64,000 nt of DNA, taken from the IMG/VR virus record IMGVR_UViG_3300032332_002377, one strand, 5' to 3'. Numbering within the stretch: the first letter of the stretch is position 1; every line of letters begins with the position of its first letter. The notes beneath the pieces were generated by a model that made no database searches, was not told the origin of the DNA, and was given only the letters and a program-made list of their open reading frames with translations. Below are positions 1 through 9,397 of this stretch, piece after piece. This DNA is from a virus. Lineage: Duplodnaviria; Caudoviricetes. Both the position numbers and the translations under genes were made by a program.

Positions 1-26
1 AGTAACACTGCTTCTAGATTGTCCAT
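1..26 (-). CDS. 5' end of a gene running off the left edge (MDNLEAVL...)
   Basis: ATG at 26 with TATACT (33-38) 6 nt upstream; frame open to position 1. Confidence 0.4.
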
Positions 27-55
27 ATTAATAGTATAGTATAAACAAAAAAGAA

Positions 56-83
56 TTGAAAGCAAATTTATTTCATGTATAAT
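56..83 (+). promoter_or_regulatory. sigma70-like promoter TTGAAA-N16-TATAAT, 7 nt upstream of ATG 91
   Basis: TTGAAA 56-61, TATAAT 78-83. Confidence 0.55.
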
Positions 84-90
84 AGAAATA

Positions 91-588
91 ATGAAGTCAA
101 AAGTAATTAGCTGTATTGTGTCAGGTATTGAAAAACGCGTGTCAGGTCCAACCATTGCCAAAATGGCAGTAAAGTTTGGCAATGAAGAACAGTTTGAAAG
201 TCATTATGTGTGCAGAGAAGCCAGACAGCTTCTAAAGAACCGTATTCAGCCTGAACAAGTTCAAACACAATTGCTTCCTACAGGCAAAAGACCATTTAGT
301 ATTGATTTGCAAGTGCTTGCCCGTCTCAAGCTATTGAAAAGACCCAGAGTAGAGAGAACCAAAGCTAACAGCAATTTGGTCTTTACACCTACAGAACCTA
401 AACAATATGATACTTTCAAGGCATATGTGGAAGAAATGACTGGTGGCAAGGATGGATGCCAACTTTCTTATGGCGGCACCTGTATTCGGCCTGATATCTA
501 TTTTGACAATGAATACAGTAAAGAACCCAGGTGCGCACCCTGCCCGTATGTAGAACATTGCCAATGCGCCAACAAGAATAAACGATAA
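91..588 (+). CDS. hypothetical protein with Cys-rich (possible Zn-binding) C-terminus
   Basis: 165 aa; C-terminal CAPCPYVEHCQC. Confidence 0.7.
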   Translation: MKSKVISCIVSGIEKRVSGPTIAKMAVKFGNEEQFESHYVCREARQLLKNRIQPEQVQTQLLPTGKRPFSIDLQVLARLKLLKRPRVERTKANSNLVFTPTEPKQYDTFKAYVEEMTGGKDGCQLSYGGTCIRPDIYFDNEYSKEPRCAPCPYVEHCQCANKNKR

Positions 589-630
589 AAACACGTTTCT
601 CATCGTAATTATAGAATAAATATAATTACA

Positions 631-810
631 ATGAACTTACTAGACAAAGTAATCGATGCATATTATGCAGTTAGATTCAAAATTGAAGATACTGTTGAAG
701 CTATCAAGTTAAAACTTGGTGGTGATCAAGGGTACAACGATTACGAACTGGAAGAACCAGTTAAAAAAACTAAGAAAAAAAAAGCAAAAGCCAAAAAGAA
801 AAAGAAGTAA
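631..810 (+). CDS. 59-aa protein with poly-Lys tail (not in ORF track)
   Basis: MNLLDKVIDAYYAVRFKIED...KKTKKKKAKAKKKKK*; TAAATA at 617-622. Confidence 0.75.
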   Translation: MNLLDKVIDAYYAVRFKIEDTVEAIKLKLGGDQGYNDYELEEPVKKTKKKKAKAKKKKK

Positions 811-818
811 ATAATTTG

Positions 819-1919
819 GTGCAAACCAAATTTAGTTACCCTACAATCTTTGGTTTTGATACTTCGCATAAAGTATCAGCTCAAGCTATTGATGTTGTAT
901 ATTGGATTATTATTGGTGTTGCTTACTGTTTTGCATTTCATGCATTAAACCTCATTTTGGTAACATGGAACTGGTTTCTGGTTGGACTGGCCAGTTTGGG
1001 CGTGGTGGGGTTACCATATTGTGTTAAAATCATATTGTTTGGCAGAGACAAGTTTCCTAGAAAAGCAGCATTACTGTGTGTATTCTTGAGCTTGCTACCA
1101 ACCATATTTGACTTCTCTGGATTTTATGCTGAAACTGGCCTGCAAGACAGTGTTAAGTTGAGCAAAGTAAAAATTACTGAACAAATTAATGAGTTTGAAA
1201 TTAATAGCAAAAAGAAAGCCACAGAAGATGAACAATCTGTTAAAGAACAAGAAAGACAAAAATTATCAGACATTGAAGAAAAGCTATCCAAGAAGAACAT
1301 GGAGAAGTTAAAATTAATCAATGAAGCCAATCAAAAAGTAATTGATGAAAAAACTGGTGTCAGAGCAGATTATAGTTCTGGTAAAGAAGGCAATGGACCC
1401 AGAGCCAAAGAACTGCAAGCAGAAGTGAGAAGGCTGCAAAGTGAAGCAGAGTTAGATGCTAAAGCCAATGAGCAGAGCATAGATAGAGAAGCTAATTTGA
1501 TAAAAGACCAGACCAAAGATGATCTGAATAAATTAAAAATGGCTAACAAGTTGTTGGATGAAAAGTTTATAATATTAAAGAAACAAGTAAATTCATGCAA
1601 GACATTCAAAGAATTGGAGAATGCTCTGATTGATGTGAATGGTACACTTTCTACTATTGCTTCTAAATTAAATGTAGAATATAAGTCTGCAGAGATTGTG
1701 GGTTCTGATAACATCATCAAGTTATCATTTTCTGCATTATTGAATTTTGAGATAACTGCATGGGTGTGTTTGCTTTTAGCATTCTTGATGGAAATTGGCG
1801 ACATTGTAATTGTTTACGTCATTAGATATGAAAAAGAAGATAAGCCTCTGATAAAACTTGCTAAATCTAATGAAGATGTTAAAAAATTCATGTTTAAAAA
1901 GACCTATTCAGGGTATTAA
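819..1919 (+). CDS. DUF4407-like membrane protein (3 N-terminal TM, long coiled coil, C-terminal TM)
   Basis: hydrophobic segments, SGKEGNGPRA motif within the coiled coil; GTG 819 is 5 nt after TAAATA (track starts at TTG 816). Confidence 0.6.
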   Translation: MQTKFSYPTIFGFDTSHKVSAQAIDVVYWIIIGVAYCFAFHALNLILVTWNWFLVGLASLGVVGLPYCVKIILFGRDKFPRKAALLCVFLSLLPTIFDFSGFYAETGLQDSVKLSKVKITEQINEFEINSKKKATEDEQSVKEQERQKLSDIEEKLSKKNMEKLKLINEANQKVIDEKTGVRADYSSGKEGNGPRAKELQAEVRRLQSEAELDAKANEQSIDREANLIKDQTKDDLNKLKMANKLLDEKFIILKKQVNSCKTFKELENALIDVNGTLSTIASKLNVEYKSAEIVGSDNIIKLSFSALLNFEITAWVCLLLAFLMEIGDIVIVYVIRYEKEDKPLIKLAKSNEDVKKFMFKKTYSGY

Positions 1920-1944
1920 TTTTAAGAATTAAATAAATAATAAT

Positions 1945-4900
1945 ATGGCAGATAATGCTCGTTTTCACAATAAATACCACAGAAGAAATCATCATACGCT
2001 GCCTTCTGCAGGATTTCCTGATTCAGGATCTGACCCTATAGCCTCACAAGCTGAGCCTTTCCAAGGTTCTTTCTATGTGCAAGGCAGTTTATCTGCTTCT
2101 AATAATTTAACTATTGGAGGAAATACCATAATTTATGGTAATTTGTCAGCATTAGGTGATGTTTCAGTTATTGATACTTTTGTTACTGTGACAAGTGCAT
2201 TGTCAGTTGTTAACAAAGGAACTGGACCAGCATTTACTGTGGTTCAAGAGGGCATCCAAGATATAGCGGTATTCCTGGATGATACCCGCAATGCCTTGAA
2301 AATAATGGATGGAGCTAAAATACGTTTCTTTGAAGAAGGTTCTTCTGGAGCTATTGGTATCAATACAACCGATTTAACTAATGCACTCACAATTAAAGGT
2401 TCTGTTTCTGCTTCTGGTAGTTTGAATATTAATGGCAGTACAATTCTGGGTGATACCAATACAGATACCACCACAATCAATGGCACTACAGTAAGTATCC
2501 CCAACAATCTAAACATAGATAGCAATACGCTTTATATTAATTCTTCAAATGATAGAGTAGGAATTGGAACAGCAACACCTAATGCAAAACTAACAGTTTC
2601 TGGGGATGTTTCTGCAACTAATTCTATTGTGGGTGTTTCGTTGAGTAGCAGGTTTGTAGATATTTCTCATACACCTGCAAATGATGGGTCCAATCCTTAC
2701 TTGAGAATAGGAGAAGCGACATCAGATGTAGTCAATTTCTCTGGATTTAAATTAGAGTATGATGAATTGCTGAATACATTCAATTTAAGCTCCATAGGGT
2801 TTGATGCTCAGAAGCAAATTGTACAAATTGAAAAAGGCGGACTTGTAACATTAGCAAATGGTATATGTGCTGTAGGCACCAGCTACACACAGTTCTTAAC
2901 TTCCAGAGATGTTACCATTGCTCATTCTCCTGCCAATGATGGTACTAATCCCACTTTATCTATTGGTGAATACACATTTGCCAGTACAACACTTTCAGCT
3001 TTTTCTGGATACAGAGTAATATATGATGAAACTACAAACGATTTAAACCTAAGCGCCACTGGCTTTAATACTTCTAAAGAAGCATTAAAAATTACTTCTG
3101 CAGGCAATACCAGGGTCAATTTACTCTCTGCAGTATCACCAAATTATGATAATCTCATAGCAGTAACCAGAGGCATATCTGGTGCAGGTTTTGATAATTT
3201 GTCTCATTTAATTGATGGCAGAATTGGTGTTAACAATCAAGCACCAGTATCTTCTTATGCAATGCATATCAAAGGCGGTAACGTAAGGGTTGATGGCGTT
3301 GACTTCTCTTCAATTGCTGGTTTTGATGGGACTTTATATGACTCAGATGGTCAGTCATTGTTTGATTTGAGAAGCGCTAATGAAAATGCTAATTATAGTG
3401 TTAGCATTGCAAGTTCTGGTTTGAACAACTTCATGAAGTTTTTTGGTGGGAGGTCATTAGATCAAAATCCATTTGTGGCAGTTAGAAAAGGTCAGCCCAT
3501 ACGCTTTGCACAATTGAACAATTTTTATGGTCAAGGGTTTTCTGAAGTGGCAAGAATTGGTGGTAACAGCAATGTGTCCATTGGTTTGAGTGCTGATGGT
3601 GCAGAGAGATTGACTGTTTTAGGTAATATCTCTGCTTCTGGTAATGTGCTATTCTACTCTTCTACTGGTCGTAATTTGGATCTTATTCACACACCAGCTA
3701 ATGATGGTACCAACCCTGTATTGAGAATAGGTGAATTTACACCTGGTAGCACAACATTGTCAGGCTTCTCTGGTGCATTTGTATCTTATGATGAATTTAC
3801 TAATGTGTTTGGTATCAGCAGTTTGTTCTTGCCTGAGATGGGTATACCTGCGATATCTATTACTAAAAATGGTAATGTAGGCATAGGCACTAATGCACCT
3901 AGCAGACAATTAAACGTAGCACTACCATCAGGAAACACAGAAGTGGCAATTACTACTGATTCAAGCAGTGTGGCTAGTTTATATTTTGGCTACCCATCCA
4001 ATGATAACCGTGGTCAAATACGTTATTACAATAGTGGTGATTCCATGGGAATTAATGTTGCCACACAAGAAGCAGTGAGAATCAGAGGTGGTGGTCAAGT
4101 TGGAATAGGTGTATCTTTGCCTGCAGAAAAGCTCACTGTTTCTGGCAACATTTCTGCTTCTGGCAATGTGCTATTTTACTCTTCTACAGGTCGTAATTTG
4201 GATCTTATTCACACACCTGCTAATGATGGTACCAACCCTGTATTGAGAATAGGCGAATGTACACCTGGTGATACTGCATTGTCTGGCTTCTCTGGTGCAT
4301 TTGTATCTTATGATGAATTTACTAATGTGTTCGGTATTAGTAGTGTGTTTGCTCCTGCCATGGGTGCACCTGCCATGTCAATTGATAGAAATGGTAATGT
4401 AGGCATGGGTACCACAACGCCAAATGAAAAATTAACTGTTTTTGGAAATATTTCTGCTTCCGGTACAATTACAGCAGGAAATGTTGCCAATACATCGTAT
4501 TACCTTGCAATTGGACCTTTTTGTTCAGCTGGTACATGGGGAAGCGGGACTTTGCAGTCACAAGTTGGAACTGCAAGTGTTTATCCTAGAGCATTATCAG
4601 GTGTAATGCCAGCTAATGAACTGTCATCCAGGTTAAAAAATGGGCAAGGTACCATTGAAGGTAATTTTCTTTTTGAAAAAACTGAGAATGTTATTACCGC
4701 ACAATGGTATATTGAAATAGCAAAAAATGAAGTATTTACTAATACTCTATCAGCTGTATATCTTAGAACAGCCGGTGATAATACTAGATCAATATTTCGT
4801 CCTGTGATTGGTACAAATATTGGAAATAATTACATTGTAATGCCAGCTTCTAATTCAACAACTCCTTATGGTGGATCAGGTTCTAATACAATTAATTACC

Positions 4901-5013
4901 CATATGCACCTGGTGATACTTTATACTGGAGAGTGGGATTTAATAACCCAGGAACAGTTGGCACATCTATCGGAATGGCATTGTGTGCTGGTTATATAAG
5001 AATTGTTCCTTAA
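1945..5013 (+). CDS. tail fibre-like protein with four H(T/S)PANDG(S/T)NP repeats
   Basis: G/S/T/N-rich; GNVGIGT..P.EKLTV.GNISASG fibre repeats. Confidence 0.75.
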   Translation: MADNARFHNKYHRRNHHTLPSAGFPDSGSDPIASQAEPFQGSFYVQGSLSASNNLTIGGNTIIYGNLSALGDVSVIDTFVTVTSALSVVNKGTGPAFTVVQEGIQDIAVFLDDTRNALKIMDGAKIRFFEEGSSGAIGINTTDLTNALTIKGSVSASGSLNINGSTILGDTNTDTTTINGTTVSIPNNLNIDSNTLYINSSNDRVGIGTATPNAKLTVSGDVSATNSIVGVSLSSRFVDISHTPANDGSNPYLRIGEATSDVVNFSGFKLEYDELLNTFNLSSIGFDAQKQIVQIEKGGLVTLANGICAVGTSYTQFLTSRDVTIAHSPANDGTNPTLSIGEYTFASTTLSAFSGYRVIYDETTNDLNLSATGFNTSKEALKITSAGNTRVNLLSAVSPNYDNLIAVTRGISGAGFDNLSHLIDGRIGVNNQAPVSSYAMHIKGGNVRVDGVDFSSIAGFDGTLYDSDGQSLFDLRSANENANYSVSIASSGLNNFMKFFGGRSLDQNPFVAVRKGQPIRFAQLNNFYGQGFSEVARIGGNSNVSIGLSADGAERLTVLGNISASGNVLFYSSTGRNLDLIHTPANDGTNPVLRIGEFTPGSTTLSGFSGAFVSYDEFTNVFGISSLFLPEMGIPAISITKNGNVGIGTNAPSRQLNVALPSGNTEVAITTDSSSVASLYFGYPSNDNRGQIRYYNSGDSMGINVATQEAVRIRGGGQVGIGVSLPAEKLTVSGNISASGNVLFYSSTGRNLDLIHTPANDGTNPVLRIGECTPGDTALSGFSGAFVSYDEFTNVFGISSVFAPAMGAPAMSIDRNGNVGMGTTTPNEKLTVFGNISASGTITAGNVANTSYYLAIGPFCSAGTWGSGTLQSQVGTASVYPRALSGVMPANELSSRLKNGQGTIEGNFLFEKTENVITAQWYIEIAKNEVFTNTLSAVYLRTAGDNTRSIFRPVIGTNIGNNYIVMPASNSTTPYGGSGSNTINYPYAPGDTLYWRVGFNNPGTVGTSIGMALCAGYIRIVP
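3628..4406 (+). repeat. recent intragenic duplication, ~257 bp copies at 3628-3884 and 4150-4406 (offset 522)
   Basis: near-identical DNA, mostly synonymous differences. Confidence 0.9.
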
Positions 5014-5030
5014 ATTTTTATTTTAAAAAC

Positions 5031-5441
5031 TGGAAGCGGCGGGAATCGAACCCGCGTCTTGAATAATTTCACTCACAAGCACTACAAGTTTGTCTTAGTT
5101 GAATTTTCATAAGGATTAAACTAAACAAAAAGCCCTTACTGATAACAATTTTGTACATATGATCTATTAATTGTTATAACCCAAATCATACGAAAGCTAG
5201 TAACACGCTCCATTTTACAAGCTTCAATCTACAATGGAACGATCGAGCAGTTAAACTAGCTCGAGTGTGGCTTCTGCGTCTACAAAGCCTGCTGCTGCAA
5301 GGATTGCATCAGCTTCTTCGAGACTCATGGCCATGTCGAAGTTGTCTTCGGCATTTAATGTTGTTTTGCTATTATTAAACTGGCATGCCCCAGTACCTGC
5401 ACTTGTGCATCCCATCATTCAATCGATACCATTACGCCCCC
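5031..5441 (-). ncRNA. ssrA: tmRNA; tag ORF 5352..5251 encodes AEDNFDMAMSLEEADAILAAAGFVDAEATLELV*
   Basis: 5' GGGGGCG pairs with 3' CGCTTCC-A (G3.U70 Ala identity); T-arm GCGGGTTCGATTCCCGC; ATTAAAT-GCC resume context; hairpin TCGAGC..GCTCGA around the stop; CCA not encoded. Confidence 0.93.
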
Positions 5442-5487
5442 AGTTGTTAATGAACTATAAATAATTATACTGTAAAAACAAGATAAC

Positions 5488-6450
5488 TCAACTATTTTTA
5501 TACCACTCAATGGTATTGTCTAAACCATCTTTGTGTAAATCTATGAATGGGAACCAGTCCAGCTCTTTTGTAATCTTTGTGCAATCGGTCATGTACATGA
5601 AATCGTGTCCTTTTCTGTCTTCAACAAAAGTAATTAAATGTTCATCTCTACCGGTTTTTTCCAATACTGCTTTAACCAAGTCTAAATTGCTTAATGCTGT
5701 ACCAGTTCCTATATTATAAATTTCTCCTGGTGTTCCTTGTTCTAAAACTCTCAATACCCCTCTGCAATGATCAGTCACATGAATCCATTCTCTAATATTT
5801 TCTCCTCTGCCATAAACAGGAATAGAAACATTGCTTAATGCATTATGTATTGTTTTGGGTAAAAGCTTTTCTTTGTGTTGTCTGGGCCCATAATTATTGC
5901 AACACCTGGTAATATTAACATTTAATGCATAAGTTTTTTGATAACTCTTTACAATAAGATCAGAAGATGCTTTGGATGAAGAGTAAACTGAGCTTGGTTC
6001 AAGAATATTTGTTTCTTTAAAAATCTGTTCGCCTAATAAATCAGAATTTGTAATCTGACCATAAACTTCATCTGTGCTTACATGTACAAATTTTTTAAAA
6101 TTATTAAAGACACGAGCAAACTCTAACAAATTAAAAGTACCTATAATATTTGTATTGATGAATGGTCTGGGGCTCTTGATACTGTTATCTACATGAGACT
6201 CTGCTGCAAAATGCACAATGCAATCAATGTTGCTTATGGCATTAAGAAGACTTGAAACCTGCATTTCATCTCCAATATCAACTTGAAAATATTTGACTCT
6301 TGGATTTTCTATTAAGCTGTCTCTAAAATTTAAGTCTGCAGCATATGTTTCTTTGTCTATGCAAATAATATCATGATCAGTTTCTTTTAGTAGCAGTTCT
6401 ATGAAATGTGATCCAATAAACCCCAGTCCACCAGTTACCAAAATGTTCAT
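5488..6450 (-). CDS. rfbB: dTDP-glucose 4,6-dehydratase
   Basis: TGGLGFIG, HFAAESHVD, VSTDEVYG, YSSSK, NNYGP, REWIHV, DRKGHD. Confidence 0.92.
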   Translation of the reverse strand: MNILVTGGLGFIGSHFIELLLKETDHDIICIDKETYAADLNFRDSLIENPRVKYFQVDIGDEMQVSSLLNAISNIDCIVHFAAESHVDNSIKSPRPFINTNIIGTFNLLEFARVFNNFKKFVHVSTDEVYGQITNSDLLGEQIFKETNILEPSSVYSSSKASSDLIVKSYQKTYALNVNITRCCNNYGPRQHKEKLLPKTIHNALSNVSIPVYGRGENIREWIHVTDHCRGVLRVLEQGTPGEIYNIGTGTALSNLDLVKAVLEKTGRDEHLITFVEDRKGHDFMYMTDCTKITKELDWFPFIDLHKDGLDNTIEWYKNS

Positions 6451-6472
6451 GAAATATATTTTATATTCTTAA

Positions 6473-6622
6473 TTAAGAAAGTCTAGGCTGATTGGCACCA
6501 GCAGCAGGCAAAGCAGCAGTATTTGGCATGTTTGAAGAATCAGTATGCGTATTATTTGCTTGAGGCAGTTTACCTTTTTTCTTCTTTTTAGCTCTGTTAA
6601 AAAAATCTTTAAACTTTAACAT
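6473..6622 (-). CDS. 49-aa basic protein MLKFKDFFNRAKKKKKGK... (not in ORF track), possible internal head protein
   Basis: fills the gap between 6609 and rfbB; N-terminus resembles T4-type capsid-targeting sequences. Confidence 0.6.
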   Translation of the reverse strand: MLKFKDFFNRAKKKKKGKLPQANNTHTDSSNMPNTAALPAAGANQPRLS

Positions 6623-7289
6623 GTTTGAGCCCTTCAGGTCTATTTAGACCAAAAAACAACATTTCAGTATACACAGGGCATTCAAAAGTGTGAATAACAT
6701 CAGCACTGAAAGCAAAATCATCTCCACTGTTTTTTACTTCCACACAAGCAGTAGAAACAGATTGTTTGTTCTGTATTCTCTCAGCTTTTAGTTTTTTTCT
6801 TACAATCTCATCTTTTTCATAGAAAAATTCTTCATCTACACAGAATTTACTAGGAACAGAAATATCATTAATTAATGCTCCATATAAAAATAAAGAAGTG
6901 GCATCTCCAGTATCATGATCATGCGGCGCAAAATAACCACCTGCTTTTATAAATTTTATAATAATATTAATGCCTGGTGAAAGAATTGCATCCTTAATAT
7001 TGATGTATTTTTTAAGGTCTGCCAAGGTTGTTTGGTTTTTGTAAATTTCTGTTGCTCTGTCTACTATTTCTTTTTTATTTTGTTTGTTCAAGTCCTCTGT
7101 ATTTGTATCAACTGTGAATCTACCAAGAGGATTACCTTCTGTATTAGACAAAACAAAATCAAAATTACTGATTAAATCAAACTGCATGAGATGGTCATAA
7201 AGCTCATTTTTAATCAAAGCAGTAACTTCTTTTATCTTGTTTAAATCATATAACGATTTAAAAAACCCAGTGTCTAATATTGGCTTCAT
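6609..7289 (-). CDS. cupin/2OG-Fe(II) oxygenase-like protein
   Basis: GGYFAPHDHD ... VIHTF His motifs. Confidence 0.45.
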   Translation of the reverse strand: MKPILDTGFFKSLYDLNKIKEVTALIKNELYDHLMQFDLISNFDFVLSNTEGNPLGRFTVDTNTEDLNKQNKKEIVDRATEIYKNQTTLADLKKYINIKDAILSPGINIIIKFIKAGGYFAPHDHDTGDATSLFLYGALINDISVPSKFCVDEEFFYEKDEIVRKKLKAERIQNKQSVSTACVEVKNSGDDFAFSADVIHTFECPVYTEMLFFGLNRPEGLKHVKV

Positions 7290-7777
7290 ATAGATAAATA
7301 CTTTCTTAAATTATAATTTCTATTGGACCAGCCTTTTAGGAACTTTTTCAATGCTGGTTTGCTTTCAGCTAAATTTTCATAAAATTTTTGACGCTGGTTA
7401 ATTATAGCATTAGCAAGCATATCAGCATTCTCAACAACTAATTTTGAAACTGTTTTAGGTCCAATAATCCCATCTGCTTCTGTACCAACTGCTCTTTGTA
7501 AAAACTTATTAGACTGCTTTGCGCCAGTATTTACACAGCTATCAAAATACACTTCACCTACAGGTTTTTCAAATCTATCACAACTAAATTTTAACCAATA
7601 TTCATTCCAATATATCTCTTTGGCTTGTTCTACAGTAAGATTTTTAATATCCACATTAGGATGACTTCTCTTGTCAATGCCATAATTGGTTTCACCACCT
7701 GGATCCACAGGATCGTTGGTATACCCACCTTCAGCATCCAAGACGAATTTAATTATCCAATTAAATCTATCGTTCAT
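7286..7777 (-). CDS. endolysin, glycoside hydrolase family 108 with peptidoglycan-binding tail
   Basis: EGGYTNDPVDPGGETNYGI, DGIIGPKT, FLKGWSNR. Confidence 0.92.
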   Translation of the reverse strand: MNDRFNWIIKFVLDAEGGYTNDPVDPGGETNYGIDKRSHPNVDIKNLTVEQAKEIYWNEYWLKFSCDRFEKPVGEVYFDSCVNTGAKQSNKFLQRAVGTEADGIIGPKTVSKLVVENADMLANAIINQRQKFYENLAESKPALKKFLKGWSNRNYNLRKYLSI

Positions 7778-7783
7778 TTACAA

Positions 7784-8203
7784 TTATTTAACTATATCTT
7801 TAGCTTTGTCCCAGATAGAATCTGGTTCTTTACCATCTTTACGCCAGCTATTAAGAACAGCATAATAAACTAAATGCTGCTGGTCTATGATAAAGAGCTT
7901 ATTGTTGCGTTTATCAGTATACTCAGTTATACCATCATTCTCATTCAAATCAACACCTTTGAAACTCTTGAACCGTATCTTGTACGCTTTGATGAGGGTG
8001 TTGTAGCGAAGAAGGCCAAACTGAGTAATAAGACCCCGGCCGTCATCAGTAAAGCCAATAAAGCCAGAATTCTGTACATCATATCCATTGGGTGTTGATG
8101 CATCATAAGAAGCTATTTCATCCTTTACTTTGTCTGGTGTAACTGTAGTACACGAACATAAGAGGAAACTACTCAGAGAGAATATCGCGAATTTTTTTAA
8201 CAT
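7784..8203 (-). CDS. lipoprotein, candidate o-spanin
   Basis: signal peptide and lipobox LCSC; next to endolysin. Confidence 0.55.
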   Translation of the reverse strand: MLKKFAIFSLSSFLLCSCTTVTPDKVKDEIASYDASTPNGYDVQNSGFIGFTDDGRGLITQFGLLRYNTLIKAYKIRFKSFKGVDLNENDGITEYTDKRNNKLFIIDQQHLVYYAVLNSWRKDGKEPDSIWDKAKDIVK

Positions 8204-8369
8204 CTTTATCCTTTATGGCTTGTTCTACTTCACTATTGAAGTTGGTTTCTTTCTGTTGTTCCTGAGCTTTTTTCATTTCAGGTGTGTTCTTGGCTCCAAA
8301 CACATTGTTAATAGCTCCAAAGATCCCAGAAATGGCGTTTAATAGTGCTTGTAGAATTCCTGCAGGCAT
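8169..8369 (-). CDS. small membrane-anchored protein, candidate i-spanin
   Basis: hydrophobic N-terminus, short coiled coil, overlaps lipoprotein gene. Confidence 0.5.
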   Translation of the reverse strand: MPAGILQALLNAISGIFGAINNVFGAKNTPEMKKAQEQQKETNFNSEVEQAIKDKDVKKIRDILSE

Positions 8370-8815
8370 TAGTTTATGTAACCTTCTGTAGCATCTTTAC
8401 ATCCCTTGGCAATTGCATTAAGAACATCTACAGCAAGTTTTGTGTTACCACCCACCTTATTAAATTGAGTAGCGTAAAGATCTTTAATAGCTACGACATA
8501 CTTGGCCCAATGAGTCTTTTCAACAGGAAGATAATCAGAAAGAGCTTTTTGCAATTGATCTGGTGTGGGAGTAGATCCACGAGTTAATCCTTCAACAATA
8601 GTAGCAACGTTATTAATCATTTTAGCCTTTTCAACCCTATCGCTACCTGAAACTGCTTGATCTAGTACTACTGTGCAAGTCAGGGTAACAGCAGGAGCAA
8701 TGTAAGGCAGAGCATTCTCAACTGTCTGTGCTGGATCTACTTTATTGTCAGGGCCTGTGGTAACACAGCCAGCAACTAAGAAAGGAATCAAAATAAAAGG
8801 TAGTATGTTTTTCAT
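8369..8815 (-). CDS. lipoprotein
   Basis: MKNILPFILIPFLVAGC lipobox; start moved to 8815 because TAAGTA is 5 nt upstream. Confidence 0.65.
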   Translation of the reverse strand: MKNILPFILIPFLVAGCVTTGPDNKVDPAQTVENALPYIAPAVTLTCTVVLDQAVSGSDRVEKAKMINNVATIVEGLTRGSTPTPDQLQKALSDYLPVEKTHWAKYVVAIKDLYATQFNKVGGNTKLAVDVLNAIAKGCKDATEGYIN

Positions 8816-8828
8816 ATAATTACTTAGG

Positions 8829-9095
8829 TTATTCATTTATTAGATCAACCTTTTTACCATCCTTTTTATCCTTCTGAATCCTTGTTATGGATTGATCCAA
8901 ATACGCTCGGACTGCAATAAATCCTTGCAAGAGCATATTAGAAATGATGATAGTAAGTGATATAGAAGAAATGTCTGAGAATGTTTTATATTTGCCAAAA
9001 TCTGTAATTAATGCAGGCAATGCAGCAATAGAGAAATACAAAAACGCTCTTAACCAAGCACAATCTTTCATAAAAGTATTTATTCTATTGTTCAT
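8829..9095 (-). CDS. putative holin (2 TM segments, charged C-terminus)
   Basis: hydropathy and position at the head of the lysis cassette. Confidence 0.5.
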   Translation of the reverse strand: MNNRINTFMKDCAWLRAFLYFSIAALPALITDFGKYKTFSDISSISLTIIISNMLLQGFIAVRAYLDQSITRIQKDKKDGKKVDLINE

Positions 9096-9128
9096 GATAT
9101 AATTTATTTGGAAAAAATATTTATCAAG

Positions 9129-9202
9129 TGCACCTGACAGGGCTTGAACCTGTGACCCGCAGATTAGAAATCTGCTGCTCTATCCAACTGAGCTACAGGT
9201 GC
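9129..9202 (-). tRNA. tRNA-Arg(UCU)
   Basis: GCACCTG acceptor; anticodon arm GCAGA-TTTCTAA-TCTGC; GGTTCAAGCC T-arm. Confidence 0.93.
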
Positions 9203-9245
9203 ATAAGGAAAGTATACATGAAATAAAAAATAAAACAAGATAAAA

Positions 9246-9318
9246 CTGCCGCGCTAGGATTCGAACCTAGAACTACCTGATCCAGAGTCAGGTGATCTAC
9301 CAATTGATCTACACGGCA
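9246..9318 (-). tRNA. tRNA-Gln(CUG)
   Basis: anticodon arm CCTGA-CTCTGGA-TCAGG; GGTTCGAATCC. Confidence 0.92.
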
Positions 9319-9324
9319 AATATG

Positions 9325-9396
9325 AGCCGGGTATCGGATTTGAACCGATGACCTACTGATTACAAATCAGTTGCACTACCACTGTGCTAACCCGGC
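9325..9396 (-). tRNA. tRNA-Thr(UGU)
   Basis: anticodon arm ACTGA-TTTGTAA-TCAGT; GGTTCAAATCC. Confidence 0.93.
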
Positions 9397-9397
9397 A

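Noticed and set aside
3628-4406. Repeat pair as a DGR template/variable repeat
   Set aside because: Both copies are in-frame in one gene, differences are mostly synonymous and not adenine-specific, and there is no reverse transcriptase in the window.
5267-5464. 65-aa plus-strand ORF
   Set aside because: Antisense shadow of the tmRNA and its tag frame.
9129-9202. CTA in the anticodon loop suggesting an amber suppressor tRNA or recoded genome
   Set aside because: The 7-nt loop TTTCTAA centres on TCT (Arg). Long ORFs are intact under the standard code, and TAG and TGA both terminate genes.
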